From: an uncultured delta proteobacterium
GTDB lineage: Bacteria > Myxococcota > Myxococcia > Myxococcales > Myxococcaceae
Assembly (NCBI GenBank): GCA_963771175.1
Contig: CAVYSY010000025.1
Span: forward strand, 122,752-186,751
Reading direction: 5' to 3'
Length of the DNA: 64,000 nucleotides
Part shown: positions 57,429-64,000 of the stretch, one piece after another
Position numbering within the stretch: the stretch's first letter is position 1
Layout: each line of letters starts with the position of its first letter
Notes under the pieces: generated by a model
The model's database searches: none
The model's input: only the letters and a program-made list of their open reading frames with translations
What the model was told of the DNA's origin: nothing
Position numbers and translations under genes: made by a program

Positions 57429-58319
57429 TTGCAACACCACAACGCAGACATCAACGGCATCAGCCTGCACTACGTGACGGAGGGCACGGGTGAGCCCATC
57501 CTCTTCCTCCACGGCTTTCCCGAGTACTGGGGCGTCTGGAAGAAGCAGCTCGCGGAGTTGGGCAAGGACTACCAGGTCATCGCCCCGGACCTGCGCGGCT
57601 ACAACCTGAGCTCGAAGCCCCAGGAGGTCGAGCAGTACAACATCGAGCTCCTGGTGCGGGACGTGCTCGGGCTGGTGCAGCACCTCGGGCTGAAGAAGGT
57701 CACCCTGGTCTGCCAGGACTGGGGCGCGCTGCTGGGCTGGAGCTTCCTGCTGCGCCACCCCGAGCTCGTGTGCCGCTTCGTCACCTTCAACATCACGCAC
57801 CCCGCCCTGTTCGAGCGGGACCTGCGTGAGAATCCCCGGCAGCAGCAGGCCAGCCAGTACATGCTGGCGTTCCGCTCCCCGCAGGGCGAGCCGCTGATGA
57901 TGGCCAACGACTTCGAGTGGCTGAGGAACAACGTGCTCGGCGCCTACCGGGCGAGCGGCGTGAATCTCTCGGACGAGGATGCCGAGGAGTGGCTCCAGGC
58001 CTGGAAGCAGCCAGGCGCCATCACCGGCGGGCTCAACTACTACCGGGCGGCGAAGATGGGCCCGCCGGACGGCCAGGGGAGCCAGGGCGGCAGCAACCTC
58101 CTGGAGGGCCTGAAGCCGGAGCAGTTCCACGTGCGCATCCCCGTGCTCTTCATCCACGGCGAGCAGGACATCTTCCTGCTGGCGGACGGGCAGCGCGGCC
58201 TGGAGGAGTTCGTGCCCGACCTCACCTTCCGGCGCATTCCCGACGCTGGCCACGGCGTCTCCCTGGAGAAGTCGGAGCTCGTCACCGGGTACATCCGCGA
58301 GTTCCTGCACAGCCGGTAG
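57429..58319 (+). CDS. Alpha/beta hydrolase (epoxide hydrolase-like)
   Basis: LHGFPE, PDLRGYNLS, QDWG nucleophile elbow, LNYYRA, AGH. Confidence 0.9.
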   Translation: MQHHNADINGISLHYVTEGTGEPILFLHGFPEYWGVWKKQLAELGKDYQVIAPDLRGYNLSSKPQEVEQYNIELLVRDVLGLVQHLGLKKVTLVCQDWGALLGWSFLLRHPELVCRFVTFNITHPALFERDLRENPRQQQASQYMLAFRSPQGEPLMMANDFEWLRNNVLGAYRASGVNLSDEDAEEWLQAWKQPGAITGGLNYYRAAKMGPPDGQGSQGGSNLLEGLKPEQFHVRIPVLFIHGEQDIFLLADGQRGLEEFVPDLTFRRIPDAGHGVSLEKSELVTGYIREFLHSR

Positions 58320-58338
58320 CGACGAGGAACGCACCGAC

Positions 58339-58933
58339 GTGCTGACGAGGGAGGACCGTCGAGATCTGGGCTAGCTCGGCCTTCTGGTGGCCGTGTACGG
58401 TCTTGCGTTCGCGCCGGTCCTCCATGCCGTCTTCGGCCATGGTGGGGAGCATCCGTCCCCCACCCGCGCCATCCAGGGCTGGGTGACGCACCAGCGGGCC
58501 GCCGCGCAGGAGCCTCCTCCGCCCGAGCTTCCCGCTCCACACGACGAGAGCAGGCCCCACTCACACGATGGCGGGCGGCGTCTCCGCACGTCACCCGAGC
58601 GGCATCTACGGGCGGCTCGGCGTGCTGCACCTGGGAGACCGCCCGGCCACGGAGGACCGGTTCCTCATGGCCGAGGGCTTCACCCGCGTGGACGCGACGC
58701 TGGGCTACCGGGGCTCCTGGTACGAGGTGAACATGGGCGTGCAGAACCTGATGAATGCGCAATGGCGCGAGGCCCAGTTCGCCAACGTCTCGCGGCTGCC
58801 GTTCGAGTCGAGCTGCCCGGAAGGCACCCGGCCCGCGGGCGAGGCCGGCGCCTTCGAGGGATGTGAGGACCTCCACTTCACTCCCGGCGCGCCCCTCAAC
58901 ATCCAGGCCAGCGCGAGCCTCTTCTTCCACTAA
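58339..58933 (+). pseudogene. Fused remnant: 5' end of a His-rich membrane protein gene joined to the 3' end of a TonB-dependent receptor gene
   Basis: In-frame TAG at 58372 in MLTREDRRDLG*LGLLVAV; HDESRPHSHD. From about 58570 it switches to barrel C-terminal strands ...VDATLGY..YEVNMGVQNL..HFTPGAP..ASLFF. Confidence 0.7.
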
Positions 58934-59865
58934 CCGGTCTTGCGCGAGAGGAGCTGCTCCAGCATCGGCCGCACCAGCTCCTTGCCCCGCAGCGCGCTGC
59001 GCCACCGCTCCGGGATGGCCTGGATGCCGTCGCGAAGCCCGGCGATTCCTCCCGCCACCGCCGCCGTCGTATCCGTGTCGTGCCCGAGCGCCACCGCCGC
59101 CTTCACCACGCGCTCGTAGGACCCCGCCGCCATGCAATCGCGAGCCGAGAGCAGGCAGTCCACCACGTACCCGCTCCCCTTCCCCAGTTCCGGCGAGTCC
59201 GGCCGTACCGAGGACTCCAGTTCCGCTCGCGGCGCCGAGCCCTCGGGGTACAGCGCGCGGAAGGTGGCCACGGCCTCCGCCCAGGCATCCGCCGCGCCCT
59301 CCAGCGTCCGGCGCGCCCAGAGGCAGTAGAGCGCGCAGCACACCTGGGACCGCAGGTGCCCGTGCGTCACCCGGGACTGGAGCATCGCGTCCCTCGCCAG
59401 TGCGGCATCGTCCCCCAGGTGCCAGAGCGCCAGCGGCAGCACGCGCATCAACGAGCCGTTCCCGTTGGCCCGCTCTCCACTCGGGCCCGCTTCCAGCGCG
59501 GGAACTCCGGCTCGGACGTTCGCCAGGGCCTCCCGTGTCTGGATGCCCACGTCGAACACCTCGTCATCCACCGCCATGTACCCGAGCTCGTACCAGTTCA
59601 CGAGCCGCCGCCCGAGGTCCTCCAGGTCCAGCCCGTTCCGGTACTGCAACGAGGCCAACAGGCACAGTGCGTGCGCGCCGTCGTCCGACCATGTGCCAGG
59701 GGGTACTCCCGCGTGGGCCCGCGAGAAGCCGGGGGGCGGGTCGAATTCGATCAGCGCGGGCTCGGGAATCTGGGCCGGCGGATGGAACTCATAGGGAACA
59801 CCGAGTGCATCTCCGATGAGGAGGCCATGGAGACCGCCCTCGATTCGTTCCTCGCGTGTCGGCAT
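58930..59865 (-). CDS. ADP-ribosylglycohydrolase (DraG/ARH family)
   Basis: GDALGVPYEF, WSDDG, GNGSLMR, DTDTTAAVAG. Confidence 0.92.
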   Translation of the reverse strand: MPTREERIEGGLHGLLIGDALGVPYEFHPPAQIPEPALIEFDPPPGFSRAHAGVPPGTWSDDGAHALCLLASLQYRNGLDLEDLGRRLVNWYELGYMAVDDEVFDVGIQTREALANVRAGVPALEAGPSGERANGNGSLMRVLPLALWHLGDDAALARDAMLQSRVTHGHLRSQVCCALYCLWARRTLEGAADAWAEAVATFRALYPEGSAPRAELESSVRPDSPELGKGSGYVVDCLLSARDCMAAGSYERVVKAAVALGHDTDTTAAVAGGIAGLRDGIQAIPERWRSALRGKELVRPMLEQLLSRKTG

Positions 59866-59874
59866 GGTGCGCGT

Positions 59875-60435
59875 CTACCCCGTGTGCTTCGTGTCCTTCC
59901 CACTCTCGGGCGCGGCCAGGAGCGCCTCGTAGATGACGTGCTCACCCGAGGCGAGGCCGTGCAGGATGATGATGACCTTGTCCGCCTCCAGGCCCGCGTC
60001 CATGTCGACGACCATGGCGCCCCGCCCCTGGCTGTAGGCGGCGTGCAACCCGTCGTAGCTCTCCTTCAGCTGGCGCGTCTGGAGCTCGCCCCGCTCATCC
60101 AGCCAGGCATAGTGGGCCACGACATCCGGCCCCTCCCCGTCATGTACGGAGTGGTAGTGGTAGACGAAGCCGTAGGTCGCGTATCCGTTCAGCAGGAGCG
60201 GTTTGAAGCGCGCTCGATAGCGCTCCTGCGCGAGGTACCCCCGCTCGCCCCAGACGTCGGGGCGGGGCGTGGGCACCGCGAGCTCGGGAGGCAGCGGATG
60301 GGCCCGCAACTCATCGAGACGCCGCCTGACACCCGCGTCAACCACGACCGGCTTCTCCTCCTGCTTTGAGGCGAGGCGACGAATCACGTACAGGGCCGCG
60401 AGGCCCGCCGCAATGGGGAGGAGGGGAAAGGCCAT
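59875..60435 (-). CDS. Hypothetical protein with an N-terminal anchor
   Basis: ORF between folD and the ARH gene with short spacers; hydrophobic N-terminus. Confidence 0.6.
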   Translation of the reverse strand: MAFPLLPIAAGLAALYVIRRLASKQEEKPVVVDAGVRRRLDELRAHPLPPELAVPTPRPDVWGERGYLAQERYRARFKPLLLNGYATYGFVYHYHSVHDGEGPDVVAHYAWLDERGELQTRQLKESYDGLHAAYSQGRGAMVVDMDAGLEADKVIIILHGLASGEHVIYEALLAAPESGKDTKHTG

Positions 60436-60445
60436 CCACGAAAGC

Positions 60446-61292
60446 CTATGCGCCGGCCTTGGCCGCTTCGAGCGTGTTCCGCATCAGCATGGCGATCGTC
60501 ATCGGGCCCACGCCGCCTGGGACAGGGGTGATGAAGGACGCGCGCTCCTTCGCCTTCTCGAACTCCACGTCGCCCTTCAGCTTCCCGTCTGGCATCCGGT
60601 TCATGCCGACGTCGATCACCACCGCACCGGGCTTGATCCACTCGCCCTTGATGAGCTCCGGCACGCCCACCGCCGCCACCACGATGTCCGCGTTGGCCAC
60701 CTCGGCCGCCAGGTTGCTCTTGCGGTGACACACCGTCACCGTCGCGTCCGCCGCCAGCAGCATCAGCGCCATCGGCTTGCCCACGATGTTGCTGCGCCCC
60801 ACCACCACCGCCCGCTTGCCCGCCGGGTTGCACCCCACCTCCTCCAGCAGCCGCATCACCCCGAACGGCGTACACGGCCGCAGCCCCGGCTTGCCCAGCG
60901 ACAGCTTGCCCGCGTTCATCGGGTGGAAGCCGTCCACGTCCTTCTCCGGCCTCACCGCCGAGATGATCCGCTCCGAGTCGATGTGCTTCGGCAGGGGGAG
61001 CTGCACCAGGATGCCGTGGACCGTCCGGGTTCCTGTTCAGCTTGTCCACCAGCGCGAGCAGCTCGTCCTGGGTGATGCTCGCGTCCGGGTGTTCCTCCCA
61101 GGAGTTGAAGCCCACCTCCTCGGCCGCCTTCTTCTTGCCGGTGACGTAGATCTTCGAGGCGGGATCTTCTCCCACCCGGACCACCGTCAGCCCCGGCACC
61201 AGGCCGCGCTCGGCCTTCAGCCGATCCACTTCCGCCTTCACCTCCGCCCGCACCCGCGCCGCTACCGCTTTTCCGTCGATCAACTCGCCCAT
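60446..61292 (-). CDS. folD: Methylenetetrahydrofolate dehydrogenase/cyclohydrolase; indel near 61020
   Basis: [50 protein letters not shown]. Confidence 0.95.
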
Positions 61293-61344
61293 GGCGAGGC
61301 GGACTCTATGCGAAACTCCTTCCTGGCAAGGGAGTGAAGCGCTC

Positions 61345-62121
61345 GTGGCACCTGGAAAAGTTCTCGGAGCGATGCTTGGACTGGCCCTCGGTCTGCTGAT
61401 TGGTGGACCCTTGCCCATCGTCCTGCTCATCATCGCCGGGCTCGTGGTCGGCCATCAGGTCGACGAACTGAACCTCCTCCCCTCGGAGGCGGCCGACAAG
61501 GTCAAGCCCCTCCCCCGCTCGGCGCTGAACACCCCCGCCCAGGACCACTACGCCCGCCACCTGTGCGCCCTCTTCATCGAGGTGGCTCGGGCCGATGGGG
61601 AGGTGGTGCGCGACGAGGTGCGCGTGGTGCGCGAGTACTTCTCCAACACCCTCAAGTACGGCCCCGAGGCACTCGAGGTCGTGCGCCGCTACCTCAAGGA
61701 GCACCTCGCCCGCCCCGCCTCGCTCGAGGATTCCATCGCCGCCTGCCGCGACGAGCTACCCACCGCCGAGCACCTGCTCCTCCTCGATGCCCTCTACTCC
61801 CTGGCGCTCGTGGACGGCCAGCTCCACCGTGCCGAGCAGGACACCCTGCGCCGGGTCGCCCAGGGGCTCGGCCTCTCCGAGGAGGACTTCCGCTCCGTCA
61901 CCGCGCGCCACTTCGGCGACGGCGATGTCCACTACGCCCGGCTCGGCCTCTCCCCCGATGCCAGCGACGCCGACGTGAAGCGCGCCTTCCGCCAGCTCGC
62001 CGCCACCCACCACCCCGATCGTGTCGCCCACCTCGGGCAGGGAGCGGTCGAGCAGGCATCGCGCCGCTTCCAGGAGATCCGGGAGGCCTACGACGAGATC
62101 CGCCGCCTGCGCGGGCTGTAA
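61345..62121 (+). CDS. DjlA-like co-chaperone (TM, TerB-like domain, C-terminal J domain)
   Basis: GKVLGAMLG, VARADGEV..DE, LALVDG, HHPDR...FQEIREAYDEI. Confidence 0.85.
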   Translation: MAPGKVLGAMLGLALGLLIGGPLPIVLLIIAGLVVGHQVDELNLLPSEAADKVKPLPRSALNTPAQDHYARHLCALFIEVARADGEVVRDEVRVVREYFSNTLKYGPEALEVVRRYLKEHLARPASLEDSIAACRDELPTAEHLLLLDALYSLALVDGQLHRAEQDTLRRVAQGLGLSEEDFRSVTARHFGDGDVHYARLGLSPDASDADVKRAFRQLAATHHPDRVAHLGQGAVEQASRRFQEIREAYDEIRRLRGL

Positions 62122-62126
62122 TGCCC
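61998..62126 (+). repeat. 3' end of the djlA-like gene; direct repeat copy A
   Basis: Aligns to 63446-63575. Confidence 0.92.
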
Positions 62127-62219
62127 TCCTCTTGCGGTGACTCGGACACTTCCAGAGGCTGTGTCAGCGGAAGCGCGCACGGAACCGGTAACAACCTCGC
62201 CACGCCATGCGTGCGTCCG

Positions 62220-63299
62220 CTACTCGAAGAGGGACAGCTCGTTGAGCTTGCGGAGCTTGAAGCTCGCCGACGTGGACGTGCCGCGCAGGCGCACCTGACT
62301 CACCGCGGTGGTGCCGCTCAGGTCGAGCTCGGCAAAGCCGGGCACTTCCGGTCCCTTGAGCACGTTGGCCAGCGGCACCCACGTGGTGCCATCGCTGCTG
62401 CCCTCAAGCACGAGTTCGGTCGGCAACTGGTCCGCCTTCAGGTCGCGCAACACCGCCTTGCGCAGGACGGCAGGCCGAGCGAGCTGGATGACCACCTCGC
62501 GGGGGTTCCCCGCGAAGAGGCCCCAACTGGAGAGGTTGCCATCCGTCAATGGGCAGGTGGCGGGCGCCTCGGGGAAGGTGCAGCTCGCGCCGCGGCTGAC
62601 CGGGACGCGGGGGCGCTGCGGGAGCGCCACCTCACTGGCGTAGTAGGAGAAGTCGAAGGTGGTGTTGCTGCCCTTGATGTTGTTGCTCGTGAAGACCTGG
62701 GCCGAGGCGTCCGTGACGTCCTCGAGGACGTAGTCGCTCAGCAGCACCGATGAAGACACGTTGGAGGTCTCCCAGATCTTCTCGTGCGTTGCGCCCTTCT
62801 CCACCTGGACGGTGTGTTTGTCGCTCATCCCCGTGTGGGAGGCGGAGATGTTCTGGAAGGTCACCTGCACTCCGTCGCTCGTGGCGGTCGCCTCCACCGC
62901 GCCGTCCCACTGCTGGAGGGGAGGAATCTGCACCGTCTCGCTCTGCACGAGGAACGAGACCGCCGCGTTGCTCCCCTTCGCGCTTTCCGGAGCGCGCAGG
63001 TAGAAGCAACGTGCCACGTCACCATTCCGGGCATCGGCGCCCAGCAGATTCAGGGTGAAGGTGCCATCCGCCCCGGTCTTCAACGTCTTCCAGTTCCCGC
63101 CGCCAAAGAGGCTGAACGCGCACGCCGAGTTCGTGCTGCGGTCGATCTGCACGAGCGCGTTCGCCAGGGGCTGCTTGTTCTCGTTGAGCAGCGTGCCCGT
63201 GAGCACGATGTCCGCATCGACATCCACCTCGCTCTTCGTGCAGCCCAACCCCACCACCGCCGTCGCGCACGACACCAGCATCCATCGCTGCATGTTCAT
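62220..63299 (-). CDS. Lipoprotein with a carboxypeptidase-regulatory-like N-domain and a discoidin/F5-8-like C-domain
   Basis: Lipobox VGLGC; TGTLLNENKQPLANA..TGADGTFTL; VLEGSSDGTTW...QVRL. Confidence 0.75.
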   Translation of the reverse strand: MNMQRWMLVSCATAVVGLGCTKSEVDVDADIVLTGTLLNENKQPLANALVQIDRSTNSACAFSLFGGGNWKTLKTGADGTFTLNLLGADARNGDVARCFYLRAPESAKGSNAAVSFLVQSETVQIPPLQQWDGAVEATATSDGVQVTFQNISASHTGMSDKHTVQVEKGATHEKIWETSNVSSSVLLSDYVLEDVTDASAQVFTSNNIKGSNTTFDFSYYASEVALPQRPRVPVSRGASCTFPEAPATCPLTDGNLSSWGLFAGNPREVVIQLARPAVLRKAVLRDLKADQLPTELVLEGSSDGTTWVPLANVLKGPEVPGFAELDLSGTTAVSQVRLRGTSTSASFKLRKLNELSLFE

Positions 63300-63445
63300 G
63301 TGAGTGCCCCCTCTGGCCGGAGTGGCCAGCCGAATTTCGAACGAATTGTCGCGAGTCGGGCCCGGTGGCGTACAGGAAAAATGGGGGCCTGTTGAGGGTG
63401 GCGGGCTGGTGCAGAGGGGCCCATGAGCGCCCCCATTCCTCCATA

Positions 63446-63575
63446 CGCCGCTACCCACGACCCTGACCGTATCGCCCACCTTGGGCAGGGGACGGTCGAG
63501 CAGGGCGTCGCGCCGTTTCCAGGAGATCCGGGAGTCTTACGACGAGATCCGCCGCCTGCGCGGGCTGTAATGCCC
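63446..63575 (+). repeat. Decayed duplicate of the djlA-like 3' end; direct repeat copy B
   Basis: About 12 mismatches and 1 indel versus 61998-62126 (manual count); the last 37 or so nt are identical, including the stop codon. Confidence 0.92.
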
Positions 63576-63642
63576 CCTCCGGCAGCCGCCGAAACCGAAA
63601 CCTGGTTGAACCGCGACCCGCTCTGACGCATTACAGGGCCAT

Positions 63643-64000
63643 ATGAGCGACCGCGGCTCCCCCAAGAAGAAGAACGAGGGCTTCAACAACCCCTTCAAGT
63701 CGGCTCTCGCGGACCTCAAGAAGAAGCAGGCCGAGCCGCCCAAGAAGCCCCAGGCGCCTCCCCCTCCCCCCAAGCCGTCCAAGTCCAAGCGCCCCCAGGA
63801 GGAGGACGACATGTCCCTCTTCCTCTCCGCCATGGATGGCGTGGAGCAAATCACCAACCGCGGCGAGCCTCCCCCGCCCAACCCCCGCCTCCCGGAGATC
63901 ATCGACGAGAACGCCGAGGCCCTCGCCGGGCTGGCCGAGATGGTGGCGGGCCAGGGTGACTTCAGCGTCGCCGACACCGACGAATACATCGAGGGCGCCG
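63643..64000 (+). CDS. Smr/MutS2-family protein N-terminus (truncated by the window edge)
   Basis: FNNPFK, EDDMSLFLSAMDGV, DTDEYIEG are typical of the region preceding an Smr domain. Confidence 0.65.
   Translation, partial: MSDRGSPKKKNEGFNNPFKSALADLKKKQAEPPKKPQAPPPPPKPSKSKRPQEEDDMSLFLSAMDGVEQITNRGEPPPPNPRLPEIIDENAEALAGLAEMVAGQGDFSVADTDEYIEGA

Noticed and set aside
58930..59865. ADP-ribosylglycohydrolase as part of a defence or toxin system
   Set aside because: No ADP-ribosyltransferase or other partner is recognisable nearby.

Overview
High-GC myxobacterial (Cystobacterineae-like) chromosome window. Many genes carry 1-nt indels, including essential ones (purL, folD, metF, gcvT/P), which points to long-read consensus errors. 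1-21046 (minus strand) is a two-gene hybrid lipopeptide assembly line: FAAL-ACP-C-A(Ser)-T-C(modAA-like)-A(Ser)-T, then KS-AT-ACP-C-A(Phe)-T-C-A(Ala)-T-C-A(Tyr)-T-(TE start at the window edge). It was built by recent module duplications, and its main frame is missing from the ORF track. The rest is core backbone (fdxA, asd, tRNA-Cys, purL, SpoIID, TonB, CDF, gcvTHP, metF, folD, djlA-like, smr) interrupted by accessory genes. These include an ELWxxDGT/HYR surface protein with both a lipobox and a MYXO-CTERM, and a SitA-like lipoprotein toxin with a YwqJ-type deaminase tip plus a YwqK-type immunity gene. Two integrase-free single-gene cargo islets are each bracketed by a direct duplication of the neighbouring core gene's 3' end or terminator. 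There is also a collapsed His-rich/TonB-dependent receptor pseudogene.
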